A DNA stretch of 64,000 nucleotides from Thermoanaerobaculia bacterium (GTDB taxonomy: Bacteria > Acidobacteriota > Thermoanaerobaculia > UBA5066), in assembly GCA_038245905.1 (NCBI GenBank), contig JBBRRY010000017.1:1-64000 (forward strand), in the 5' to 3' direction. Position numbers and translations under genes: made by a program. Of this stretch, positions 53,570 through 62,827 are shown in pieces. The notes under the pieces were generated by a model. It was not told the origin of the DNA. It saw only the letters and a list, made by a program, of their open reading frames with translations, and did no database searches. Position 1 is the first letter of the stretch. Every line of letters begins with the position of its first letter.

Positions 53570-54443
53570 CGCGCGACGTTCGGAACAGCGCAATCTGCGT
53601 TTTCGTTCCCTTGGCTCTATACATTGCCGTATCGGCATTCTTGAAGAGAACGTCCGCCGTTCTTCCATCGGCGGGATAGACGGCAATGCCGATACTGGCT
53701 CTTATCGAAAGCGTGGTCCCCTTCAACTCGCAGGCTTCGGCGATCCGAGACTGCATCTTCTGTGCAAGCCGCGTCACCACGGCGTCCTGCTTGACCTCGA
53801 GCAACAGACAGACGAATTCGTCGCCTCCCCAGCGACTGACCATGTCTTCCGCGCGGACGGAAGACCGTAAACGGTTCGCCACCATCAACAGCACCTGGTC
53901 TCCCAGATCATGGCCATGAGAGTCGTTGATTTTCTTGAAGTCATCGATATCGATGAACAGGACCGCGAGCTTCCAGCCGTGCCGTTTTGCCTGGATCAAC
54001 CCATGGTCGAGGCGCTGCTCGAATGACACGCGGTTCGGAAGGCCGGTGAGCGCGTCCTGAAGCGCGAGTTGTTGCGCTTCTTCCTCCTTGAGCTGGGATT
54101 TCGACAGATCGTCCCGCACGTCGGCCAGGTCGGTCTTCGTGTCCGCGAGCTCGGATTCGATGACGATTCGCTCAGCGACTTCTCTGGCGAGCTGGGCGTT
54201 GACCAGCTTCAAATCGTCCGCGGCTTTCGCTACCTTGTGTTCGACATCCTCGTTCTCGGCGAGAAGATGTTTGATGGTCTGAACAGGGACGTTGTCCTGC
54301 CGGAGGATTTCATTAACCGATGTGAGTTCAGTGGCCGCCTCCTTGACGGTGTCCTTGATCTTCTCGTTCTTCTTGAGCACGCCTCCAAGCGAAGCTCTCC
54401 TGGCGGACGCGTGTGGTTTCAGCCCTTTTGATCTTGACTTCAT
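53556..54443 (-). CDS. Diguanylate cyclase (coiled coil + GGDEF)
   Basis: DALTGLPNR, DIDDFK, RWGGDEF; visibly lower GC than neighbours. Confidence 0.92.
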   Translation of the reverse strand: MKSRSKGLKPHASARRASLGGVLKKNEKIKDTVKEAATELTSVNEILRQDNVPVQTIKHLLAENEDVEHKVAKAADDLKLVNAQLAREVAERIVIESELADTKTDLADVRDDLSKSQLKEEEAQQLALQDALTGLPNRVSFEQRLDHGLIQAKRHGWKLAVLFIDIDDFKKINDSHGHDLGDQVLLMVANRLRSSVRAEDMVSRWGGDEFVCLLLEVKQDAVVTRLAQKMQSRIAEACELKGTTLSIRASIGIAVYPADGRTADVLFKNADTAMYRAKGTKTQIALFRTSRASRI

Positions 54444-54524
54444 CACGAGCTCTCCATGCACCCCGCATCAGTAATCAGTTTACTGCGATTCTCGGACTCC
54501 TAGACCCGCAGTAGACTGGACGCG

Positions 54525-55811
54525 ATGGACTATCGCCTTCTCCTGAAGAACGTCGAGAAGACCCTCGAAGCCATCGAGGGCGGCGACGACGTGCTCGTGA
54601 CGATCGTGAGCGTCGGCGAGGCGATCGTCCGGAACTTCCAGAGGGAGCTCGGGATCCTGGGCGGTCGGCTCTACGTGCGCCGGGAGAACCAGTACGTCCT
54701 CGAGCGGGGATTCGGCCGCTCGCGACGCGTCCCGACGGGCATCTCCGTTTCCGCCGAGTACGGCCCCATCCGCCGCGCGGAGGAAGACGGGATGGCGCTT
54801 GCCGATCTCGACGATCCGTCCATCGACAAGGCGTTCGAGAAGAGCCTCGGCGTCTCGCGCTTCGCCGCCGTCTCGTTCGGTGAGGAGCGCTATCTCCTCT
54901 CCTTCGACGTCCACCCGAGGGCGCGCGAAGAGGACCTCCTCCTCGCGCTCGGCATCATCCGGACCGTGGTCGACTCGAAGGTGCGCACGGAGCGCCTCGA
55001 GGGCCTCCTGCAGGACGCCCGGCGTATCCAGCAGTCGATTCTCCCGCGCGCGATTCCCCAGGTGGGCGACTTCGAGCTCTTCGGACTGTCGGTTCCGGCC
55101 GAGGCGGTCGGCGGGGACTTCTACGATTTCATTCCGCTCGGCGACCTGAGCTTCGGCGCGGCCATCGCGGACGCGTCCGGCCACGGACTTCTCGCGGCGC
55201 TGCTCGTGCGCGACATCTACGTCGGTCTCCGGATGGGGATCGGAAACGACTTCAAGATCGCCCGCACGATCGAGCGGCTGAACCGCATCCTGAACAAGAG
55301 CCGACTCACGACGAAGTTCGTCTCCCTCTTCTACGGCGAGTTCGAGACGAATGGCGACATCGTTTACGTGAACGCGGGGCACCCGTCACCCCTCCATCTG
55401 CATGCCGTGACGGGCTCGTTCAGCGAGCTTGCCTCGACGGGAATGGTCCTCGGCCCCGCGCCCGACGCCGTTTACAGCCGGCGGGCGGCTCACATGGAGC
55501 CGGGCGACCTCGTGCTTCTCTATACGGACGGAGTCGTCGAGGCCCACGATTCGAAGGGTCGCGAGTTCGGGATGTCCCGGCTTAAGCGACTGCTCATCGA
55601 GGCGAGGCGCGAATCGGCGCGCGAGGTCGTGCACCGGGTCGTCAATGCGGCGCGCTCGTGGTCGCACGGAGCCCCCGTGGAGGACGACATGACGGCCGTC
55701 GCGATCCGGCGCGTGCCGCAGCGGGCCGGCGACCGTCCGCACCGGTCGGGCGAGCATCCACGCGTCAAGCCCGAGACGACGCCTCACGGAACCAGGCCGC
55801 GGTCCGCCTGA
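54525..55811 (+). CDS. SpoIIE/RsbU-type PP2C phosphatase
   Basis: IQQSILP, VGGDFYD, DASGHG, NAGHP, YTDG, DDMT. Confidence 0.93.
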   Translation: MDYRLLLKNVEKTLEAIEGGDDVLVTIVSVGEAIVRNFQRELGILGGRLYVRRENQYVLERGFGRSRRVPTGISVSAEYGPIRRAEEDGMALADLDDPSIDKAFEKSLGVSRFAAVSFGEERYLLSFDVHPRAREEDLLLALGIIRTVVDSKVRTERLEGLLQDARRIQQSILPRAIPQVGDFELFGLSVPAEAVGGDFYDFIPLGDLSFGAAIADASGHGLLAALLVRDIYVGLRMGIGNDFKIARTIERLNRILNKSRLTTKFVSLFYGEFETNGDIVYVNAGHPSPLHLHAVTGSFSELASTGMVLGPAPDAVYSRRAAHMEPGDLVLLYTDGVVEAHDSKGREFGMSRLKRLLIEARRESAREVVHRVVNAARSWSHGAPVEDDMTAVAIRRVPQRAGDRPHRSGEHPRVKPETTPHGTRPRSA

Positions 55812-56709
55812 GACCCTCGGCGAGACGGACGGGCTCCGGCAGGCCGAGGGCGGCCCGCCCTTTCGCGACGTCGAGGACGCTCCGGCGCTGCTCTCCAGGC
55901 TTGGCGGCCTCGTGCGGGGCCTTCGCGGAGGAGCCGCAGGACCGCACGACTTCGTCCCAGAGGGCGTTTACGTTCGTCTCGACGCCGGTCCCGACGTTGT
56001 AAACGCCCGCGAGGCGCTTCGAGGCCGCCGCGCGGTTTGCGGAGACGACGTCCCCGACGTAGACGAAGTCGCGGGAGTTGAGGCCGTCGCCGTAGATGAC
56101 GCAGGGCTTTCCTTGGAGGAGGCGCGCCATCCAGATCCCGACGACGCCGGCCTCGCCCCGCCCGTCCTGGCGCGGGCCGTAGACGTTCGCGTAGCGGAGG
56201 GCCGTCACGAGAAGCGGCGTCCCGTGCGCGAGGCCGAAGAGATACTTCTCGCCCGCGAGCTTCGCGACGCCATAGGGCGACACGGGGTTCGTCGCGTGGC
56301 TCTCGTCGGCGGCGAATCCCTCGGGGTCGCCGTAGATCGCGCCGCCGCTGGAGGCGAAGATGATCTGCGTGACACCTGCCTCGATCGCAGCCTTGGCGAT
56401 GCGGATCGTCCCGAGGACGTTGACCTCCGCGTCGAAGACGGGATCCTCGACCGATTTGCGCACGTCGATCTGCGCGGCATGGTGGACGATCGTGTCGATC
56501 TTCTCGGCTTCGAGGAGAGCCGCGAAATCGAAGTTCCGGATATCGCCTTCGACGAAACGGGCCGGGCCGGGGAGACGCGATGCCTGGCCCGTCGAGAGAT
56601 CGTCGAGGATGACGACCCGCTTGCCTTCGGCCAGGAAGGCGTCGGCGAGATGGGAGCCGATGAAACCGGCTCCGCCGGTGACGAGGACGGAACGCGTCTC
56701 GGGCATCAT
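55765..56709 (-). CDS. NAD-dependent epimerase (UDP-glucose 4-epimerase-like)
   Basis: VTGGAGFIG, YGVAK, NVYGPRQ. Confidence 0.93.
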   Translation of the reverse strand: MMPETRSVLVTGGAGFIGSHLADAFLAEGKRVVILDDLSTGQASRLPGPARFVEGDIRNFDFAALLEAEKIDTIVHHAAQIDVRKSVEDPVFDAEVNVLGTIRIAKAAIEAGVTQIIFASSGGAIYGDPEGFAADESHATNPVSPYGVAKLAGEKYLFGLAHGTPLLVTALRYANVYGPRQDGRGEAGVVGIWMARLLQGKPCVIYGDGLNSRDFVYVGDVVSANRAAASKRLAGVYNVGTGVETNVNALWDEVVRSCGSSAKAPHEAAKPGEQRRSVLDVAKGRAALGLPEPVRLAEGLRRTAAWFREASSRA

Positions 56710-56725
56710 GGGTGTGGAGGATAGC

Positions 56726-57343
56726 GTGCCCTCTCGCCGACCGCTCCCCGCCACCTTTTTCCGCCGCGACACCGAGGTCATCGCGCGTGATCTCCTGGGC
56801 TGCCGGCTCACGCGGCGGCTGCCCGACGGCACCACGCGATCCGTGATCCTGGTCGAAACGGAGGCCTATCTCGGCGTGAAGGACCGCGCGGCGCACACGT
56901 GGAACGGCCGTCGTACCGCCCGCGTCGAGCCGATGTGGGGGGCGGGCGGCCACGCGTACGTCTATTTCGTCTACGGGATGCACTTCTGCATGAACGTCGT
57001 AGCGGGCGAAGAAGGGATTCCGGAGGCGGTCTTGCTGAGAGCGGGGATTCCGGAGGGAGAAGAGAAGGTTTCTTTGAAGGTGAATAGGGGAGGGGAGGCG
57101 TCCGGGCCCGCGAAGCTGTGCGCCTATCTGGGCGTGACCACCGCGCTGTCCGGCGCCTCGCTCTCCGGCCCCGAGCTGGTCCTCTCGCGCGGGCCGCGTC
57201 GGCGGTTCTCGATCGTCGCCGGGCCGCGCGTGGGCGTGGACTACGCGGGGGAGGCCGCGGCGTGGCCGCTGCGCTTCGCGATGGCCGGGTGCAAGGCCGT
57301 GACGAAGCCCAAGGGGCTCCGTCCTTTCCGTGTCATCGCATGA
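56726..57343 (+). CDS. mpg: DNA-3-methyladenine glycosylase (Mpg/AAG)
   Basis: VETEAY, YVYFVYGMHFCMN, AVLLRA, GPAKL, PRVGV. Confidence 0.93.
   Translation: MPSRRPLPATFFRRDTEVIARDLLGCRLTRRLPDGTTRSVILVETEAYLGVKDRAAHTWNGRRTARVEPMWGAGGHAYVYFVYGMHFCMNVVAGEEGIPEAVLLRAGIPEGEEKVSLKVNRGGEASGPAKLCAYLGVTTALSGASLSGPELVLSRGPRRRFSIVAGPRVGVDYAGEAAAWPLRFAMAGCKAVTKPKGLRPFRVIA
57064..57090 (-). repeat. Dispersed motif, single copy in mpg
   Basis: Reverse complement CCCCTATTCACCTTCAAAGAAACCTTC. Confidence 0.7.
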
Positions 57344-58175
57344 TCGCGATGACGTCGAAGAACGGAGCCGCGAGCCTCTCGTCCCCGCTCACGGTGGTAC
57401 GGCGTCTCGCCTCCTCGCGCGAGAGGCCGCCCGTGAGGATCCGCCACGCGGTCTCGCCGCCCATCGCGATGCGGGCCTTCGGCGAATCCGCGGGGCCTCT
57501 CTCGAGGAGCCAGGTGCGTCCCTCGCGGCGCAGCGCATAGACGCGGTCGACTGGCGACTGGGTCGCGATCTCGAGGGACTCGCCGTCGCTCGCGGCGACG
57601 TCCCGATACGTGAACGGCAAGGCGCGGGCGAACGTGTCCATTACGGGCCCCGCGTAGCGCGCTTCCAGAAGAAGCGGAATCCCTGCGGCGAGACGGATCT
57701 GCTGTTGGTGGTGCCAGTGCTCGGTGAAATCCCGCGCGAGGTCGAACCATGCGGCCGACCGCGCCTCGCCGGCCCACGACACCGCGAAGACCGCGAACCC
57801 GAAGGGGTCCGTCGCGCGCGCGGTCTCCGCGAGGCGAGGGGCGGCCCATTCGAGGAGCTCGATCAGGACGCGAGGACTGAGCCGGCGGCTCGTCTCGACG
57901 AAGCCCGCGTTCAGGCCGTTCAAGAAGCGCACGAGGTCGTCATACCCCCGAATCGGGGTGCCCGGCGGCGGAGGCACGTGCCCGTCGCGCTGCGCCGAGA
58001 TGCGGCGGAGCTGGCCGTCGAGGATGTGCGCGACGATCTCCTTGACGCGCCAGAGGCGGCTCGTCGTCGGGAGATCCCACGCGCCTGCCGGGAGGCCGCG
58101 GAGGACGCCGAGGAGCTCCTCCTGGAGCGGAAGGAACAAGTCCTGGACGAGCGTTGGGGCCAGCGGTCCTGCCAT
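57333..58175 (-). CDS. Maleylpyruvate-isomerase-N/DinB-superfamily protein
   Basis: WDLPT..WRVKEIVAH, EHWHHQQQI. Confidence 0.8.
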   Translation of the reverse strand: MAGPLAPTLVQDLFLPLQEELLGVLRGLPAGAWDLPTTSRLWRVKEIVAHILDGQLRRISAQRDGHVPPPPGTPIRGYDDLVRFLNGLNAGFVETSRRLSPRVLIELLEWAAPRLAETARATDPFGFAVFAVSWAGEARSAAWFDLARDFTEHWHHQQQIRLAAGIPLLLEARYAGPVMDTFARALPFTYRDVAASDGESLEIATQSPVDRVYALRREGRTWLLERGPADSPKARIAMGGETAWRILTGGLSREEARRRTTVSGDERLAAPFFDVIAIMR

Positions 58176-58177
58176 GC

Positions 58178-59893
58178 TTACAGGGTCTTGAGATCGGCGA
58201 GCGCCGAGGCGGTCACGAGGCAGTTCTTTCCGCTGCGCTTCGCCTGATAGAGGGCCTGGTCGGCGCGCTCGACGAGGAGGCGCTTCGTGCCCGCGTCCTC
58301 CGGGAAGCACGAAAGGCCGAGCGAAATCGTCACGCCGAGAGCGTGATCGAGATTCGGTGCGACGAAGAGGCGTCCGGCCACGCGATTGCGGAGGCGGTCG
58401 GCGACGACCCAGGCCTTCGCAGGCGTCGTTTCGGGAAAGATGAGCGCGAATTCCTCTCCGCCGTACCGGGCGACCGTGTCCATCTCACGCACGCCCTTGG
58501 TCAGCTCCTCGACGAGCCCGCGCAGCACGAGGTCTCCGACGGGGTGTCCCCAGCGATCGTTGATCTTCTTGAAGTCGTCGATGTCGAGCATGACGAGGGC
58601 GAGCGGCTGACCGCTCCGCTCGTGGCGGGCGAGCTCGCGGGCAAGCGTCTCCTGGAAGTAACGGTGGTTGAACGCCTCGGTCAGAGAGTCGCGCACCGAC
58701 ATCTGCCGGGTCGTCTCGTAGGCGCGCGCCGACTGGATCGCCGTCACGGCCTGATTCGAGAATATTTCGAGGGCCTGGACGTCCTCGAGTCGCGGCACGA
58801 GTCCGCTCCGCGGCTGGTCGACCTGAAGGACCCCGACGAGCAGGTCGCCGGCGGTGAGCGGAACGAAGAGAAGATCGTTCGGGTGCCAGGCGCCCACGGC
58901 CGTGCTGCGCCGGCGGCGCTCGATGCGGCCGGAGTCGTCGACGAGCGTGCCCACGTCCTTGCGATCGAGGTGGCTCACGAAGTACGACTTCGAGATCCGG
59001 TAGCGTTCGCCGAACCATCGCGCGATCTCCTCGCGCGCAAGTTTTCGGGGCGGTGCCCCTTGCGCCGTGTCGTCGATCCCTACCTGCGCGCGGCGTTCGA
59101 AGACGTTCTCCGCGGGGTCGAATAGGGAGAGCACGACGACCCGGTAGCCGAGGCTGTGATGGACTGCCTGCACGATGCTTTGCACGAGGTGCTCGAGGGT
59201 CAGGTGCGACTTCAGCTCGTTCGAGACTTCGAGGATGCGCTGGAGCATCTCGGCGCGCCCCTGGAGGCGCTCGTTCACGGCCTGCATCTGCCGCCTGAGG
59301 TTTCGGTCCTGAAGGGCGAGGGCCACGTGATCCGACACGACCGAGAGTTCCTGCAAGGTCTGCGGTGTCACGAGCGACGGGTCGTCCGATTCCGCGATCA
59401 GGACGCCCGCGATCAAGGCCGGAGTCTGGAGCGGCAGGAACACCTGATGGGAGAAACGCGGGTTGAGGACGAGATCGCGGTCGGGACCGCTTGCGACGCG
59501 CGGCGTGGGCGAGGCCGGAAGGAACGGTGACTCGAGATCCTTCTGCGAGGCGAGCCAGTCGAGGAACGGCCGCCGCTCGAGAGTCACGTCGCCGCCGAAC
59601 GACACGAGCGCCTGGCCATCCGGGTCCTCTTCGTAGGACACGGCCGCGAGGGCGCGGATGGGGAGCGCCTGGCGGAGCGCGTCGAAGAGTCGCGCGAAGA
59701 TCTCTTCTCCGGCCGCGACACTCGAGACGATGGCGGTGAGCTCGCGGAGCGTCGCAAGCTCGCGGTTCTTGCGGGACAGCTCGGTGGTGCCGGAACGGGC
59801 CTGCGCGAGCTTTCGGGTGACGACGACGACCGTGACGAGGAGTCCCAGCGCGACGGACGCGATCAGGGCGGGCGGGAGATCGAGGCTCCACAT
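58178..59893 (-). CDS. Membrane-anchored GAF-GAF-GGDEF diguanylate cyclase
   Basis: N-terminal TM, two GAF-like regions, DSLTEAFN, RYGGEEF; TGATG overlap with the upstream gene. Confidence 0.92.
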   Translation of the reverse strand: MWSLDLPPALIASVALGLLVTVVVVTRKLAQARSGTTELSRKNRELATLRELTAIVSSVAAGEEIFARLFDALRQALPIRALAAVSYEEDPDGQALVSFGGDVTLERRPFLDWLASQKDLESPFLPASPTPRVASGPDRDLVLNPRFSHQVFLPLQTPALIAGVLIAESDDPSLVTPQTLQELSVVSDHVALALQDRNLRRQMQAVNERLQGRAEMLQRILEVSNELKSHLTLEHLVQSIVQAVHHSLGYRVVVLSLFDPAENVFERRAQVGIDDTAQGAPPRKLAREEIARWFGERYRISKSYFVSHLDRKDVGTLVDDSGRIERRRRSTAVGAWHPNDLLFVPLTAGDLLVGVLQVDQPRSGLVPRLEDVQALEIFSNQAVTAIQSARAYETTRQMSVRDSLTEAFNHRYFQETLARELARHERSGQPLALVMLDIDDFKKINDRWGHPVGDLVLRGLVEELTKGVREMDTVARYGGEEFALIFPETTPAKAWVVADRLRNRVAGRLFVAPNLDHALGVTISLGLSCFPEDAGTKRLLVERADQALYQAKRSGKNCLVTASALADLKTL

Positions 59894-61290
59894 CACTTGA
59901 AGGTGATGATGCCGCTCTTGTGAAGCTTGTGAAAGATGCGCGTGACCTCGGCTTCGGGGAAGGGCGAGATGCGGGCGATCGAGCGCACGTCCCAGATCCC
60001 GTTGATGCGCGACACGATAAAGGCCTCGGGGGGCGTGAACGGGAAGTTCATGAGCTCTTCCATGGGTTTGCCCAGGACAGGAATGGACCCGGCGGGGATT
60101 TTGGGCAGGGGCTCGGAAGGGGGGGGCGGCGCGGCGGGGCCGGGGGAGGCTGCCGGCGCGGGGGAGGGAGGCGGCGAAGCGGGCACGCGCGCGGCCGGAG
60201 GCGCGGCGGCCGGGGAAGGTCCCGCGGTCGCGACGGTCTTGGCGGCCTTGGCGGCGGGCGGAGGCTTGACGGCCGGCACCGGCGCGGGCGGCGCCTGGGT
60301 CTTTGCGGCCTGGTCGATCTTTGCGTTGGGCAGTGTGTCCGCGCTGTCGGCGGGCCGCGGAGCCGGACGCCTCGATAGGGAGGCCCCGGAATCGCGCTTC
60401 AGAAACTGGTTGAAGTGGGTCGGGACCGGTGTGCGGGGCCCCGGGGGGGCGAGCCGGAATTCGTCCCCGGGCACGGCGGTATGGGCACTCTCGGGAATCG
60501 AGTGCAGATCGCCCGACATCAGCGGGTCGAACGAGGACGAATCCTCCTCGATCGGCTCGATCTCGGCGAACACGGACTCGGTGGGCGCCTCCTCGCGTTC
60601 GCCCACGATCATCACGTGGCCCGTGAGCATGAGGTCGTAGATCAGCTTGGCGACGTGGAAGTCCGGATTGTGGGTCTCGAGTGCGATCTGATCGATCGCG
60701 CGCCGGCCGTTCGTCGCGCCGAGGATCATCTTGTCGCGCTCGGGGAGCTCTTCCTCGACCGGCATCACGACCACGGGAATGACGCGCATCGTGGGGATAC
60801 GGGTTTTGATGCGTTGCCACTCGTCGTAACGGCGGAGGCCCTCCATCACGATGCCCGTGACGTCGGAGGAGATCGGGACCATGGGAAGGCTCGGGATCTC
60901 GCCGTCGATGAACGCGAAGGAGCCTTCGGTCCACAGGAAAATGTCGTAGATCGTCTCGGCGGCCTTCAGGCGGACGAGGTCCGCGAGCTCCTCTTCCTTG
61001 ATGGCGCCGATCATGACGAGAATCTTGCCGAGGAGGATGCGAGATTCCTGCTGGACCTCCAGCGCGCGGATGAGCTCTTCCTCGGTAATGAACCCGAAAC
61101 CAACGAGAAAGCGGCCGAGGTGCTCGCGCTCGAGCGTGGACGAGGAGGACGTGACCCGGCCGTTGTTGAAGTAGATGCGCTTCTCGCCGGGCGCACCGCG
61201 CACGACGAGCGTTCCGGTCTTGAGGCCCGTCGAGAGCCACTGGAGCAGCTCCGACAACTGCATCGTGCGCAGATTTCCTGCGATGGCCAT
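59893..61290 (-). CDS. DUF4388 (PATAN-like) domain protein
   Basis: MAIAGNLRTMQLSELLQWL..KTGTL, WTEGSFAF, EGLRRYDEW; Pro-rich linker. Confidence 0.85.
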   Translation of the reverse strand: MAIAGNLRTMQLSELLQWLSTGLKTGTLVVRGAPGEKRIYFNNGRVTSSSSTLEREHLGRFLVGFGFITEEELIRALEVQQESRILLGKILVMIGAIKEEELADLVRLKAAETIYDIFLWTEGSFAFIDGEIPSLPMVPISSDVTGIVMEGLRRYDEWQRIKTRIPTMRVIPVVVMPVEEELPERDKMILGATNGRRAIDQIALETHNPDFHVAKLIYDLMLTGHVMIVGEREEAPTESVFAEIEPIEEDSSSFDPLMSGDLHSIPESAHTAVPGDEFRLAPPGPRTPVPTHFNQFLKRDSGASLSRRPAPRPADSADTLPNAKIDQAAKTQAPPAPVPAVKPPPAAKAAKTVATAGPSPAAAPPAARVPASPPPSPAPAASPGPAAPPPPSEPLPKIPAGSIPVLGKPMEELMNFPFTPPEAFIVSRINGIWDVRSIARISPFPEAEVTRIFHKLHKSGIITFK

Positions 61291-61331
61291 GCGGGGCGAT
61301 TGTAACCCGTAAGCACCTGACGGGAGCGGAT

Positions 61332-62519
61332 TTACTCCATCGGAGGGTTGTACGAGGGGATCCCCGTCACGGCCTGCCCGAGCACGAGCGTGTGGATGTC
61401 GTGCGTGCCTTCGTATGTGAAGACCGACTCGATGTTCGCGAGATGCCGGAAGACGGGGTACTCGCCCGCAATGCCGTTCGCGCCGAGGATCTCGCGCGCG
61501 AGCTTCGCGCACTCGCGCGCGACCCACACGTTGTTCCGTTTCACCATGGACACGTGCTCGGGCTTCATCGTGCCGGCGTCCTTCATCCGCCCGAGCCGGA
61601 GCGCGAGGAGCTGGCCCTTCGTGATCTCCGTGATCATGAACGCGAACTTTGCCTGCACGAGCTGGTGCGACGCGATGGGGCGGTCTTTAAACTGCTTGCG
61701 GCTCTTCGCGTAGTCGAGGGCGCACGTATACGTGGCCATCGCCGAGCCGAGGGCGCCCCACGAGATGCCGTACCGCGCCTGCGTCAGGCATGAGAGCGGG
61801 CCCTTCAGCCCTTCGACGCCCGGCAGGACGCTTGCCGCCGGCACGCGCACGTCCTCGAAGGCGAGCTGCGACGTGACCGAGGCGCGGAGGGACATCTTCA
61901 TCCGGTGCTCGGGCGCGGTGAACCCCTTCATGCCCTTCTCGACGAGGAACCCTCTCACGGGACCGTTCAGGTCGCCGACCTTCGCCCAGACGACGGCGAC
62001 GTCCGCAATCGAGCCGTTCGTGATCCAGGCTTTCGCGCCGTTCAGGATCCAGTCGTTCCCGTCCTTCTTCGCGACGGTGCGCATACCGGCGGGGTTCGAG
62101 CCGAAGTCCGGCTCCGTCAGGCCGAAACAGCCGATCTTCTCGCCCCTCGAGAGAGCCGGAATCCAGCGGTCCTTCTGCTCCTTCGAGCCATACGTGAAGA
62201 TCGGGTACATCACGAGCGACGACTGGACGGACACGAATGAACGCAGGCCGGAATCGCCGCGCTCGAGCTCTTCCGTGATGAGCCCGTATGCGACGTTGTT
62301 CAGGCCCGGCAGGCCGTACTCCGAGATCGTGGAACCGAAGAGGTTCAGCGCGGCCATCTTCGGGATCAGCTCTTTCGGGAACCGCCCCTCGTAGGCGCAC
62401 GCTTCGATGATGGGAAGGATGTACTCATCCACGAAGCTGCGCACGAGGTCGCGCACGGCTCGCTCGTCGTCCGAGAGCATGTCTTCGATGCCCAGAAAGT
62501 CGACTCCTGAAAAGCTCAC
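61332..62519 (-). CDS. Acyl-CoA dehydrogenase (glutaryl-CoA dehydrogenase-like)
   Basis: CFGLTEPDFGS, KAWITNG, TYEGTHDIH. Confidence 0.93.
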   Translation of the reverse strand: MSFSGVDFLGIEDMLSDDERAVRDLVRSFVDEYILPIIEACAYEGRFPKELIPKMAALNLFGSTISEYGLPGLNNVAYGLITEELERGDSGLRSFVSVQSSLVMYPIFTYGSKEQKDRWIPALSRGEKIGCFGLTEPDFGSNPAGMRTVAKKDGNDWILNGAKAWITNGSIADVAVVWAKVGDLNGPVRGFLVEKGMKGFTAPEHRMKMSLRASVTSQLAFEDVRVPAASVLPGVEGLKGPLSCLTQARYGISWGALGSAMATYTCALDYAKSRKQFKDRPIASHQLVQAKFAFMITEITKGQLLALRLGRMKDAGTMKPEHVSMVKRNNVWVARECAKLAREILGANGIAGEYPVFRHLANIESVFTYEGTHDIHTLVLGQAVTGIPSYNPPME

Positions 62520-62569
62520 GGTTCCTCCAGCGGCCGAAGAGTATCGGCTCCCGGTGCTAATGTCTCCTC

Positions 62570-62827
62570 ATGGCGAATCCTGCGTGGAAGGTGGCGGCGG
62601 ACGTGGCGGAGGGTTACGTCTCGCTCAACCCGGTTGTCTTGAAGAAGTACGAGAAGCACGAGGTGGACGTGCTTCTCAAGGAGCTCGAGAAGCTCACGCG
62701 GGACACGCGCTCACAGGTCGTGCCCCAGGACGACGCAGAGGCTAGCGCGACCCGAAGCCGCAGGCTGCTTCGACTCTCGCAGGCGAACGTCGTCCTTCAG
62801 AGCTGGCGAATGAGGATGCTGAAGTGA
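62570..62827 (+). CDS. Small hypothetical protein
   Basis: Typical codon usage, TAATGT 6 nt upstream, stop overlaps the asnS start. Confidence 0.7.
   Translation: MANPAWKVAADVAEGYVSLNPVVLKKYEKHEVDVLLKELEKLTRDTRSQVVPQDDAEASATRSRRLLRLSQANVVLQSWRMRMLK

Noticed and set aside
11841-57090. Dispersed motif read as CRISPR repeats, REP elements or MITE ends
   Set aside because: Copies are degenerate, irregularly spaced and mostly intragenic; there are no cas genes, spacer periodicity or target-site duplications.
59894-61240. N-terminal half of the 1020-aa ORF 58178-61240
   Set aside because: It overlaps the DUF4388 gene out of frame; the real start is 59893 by TGATG coupling.
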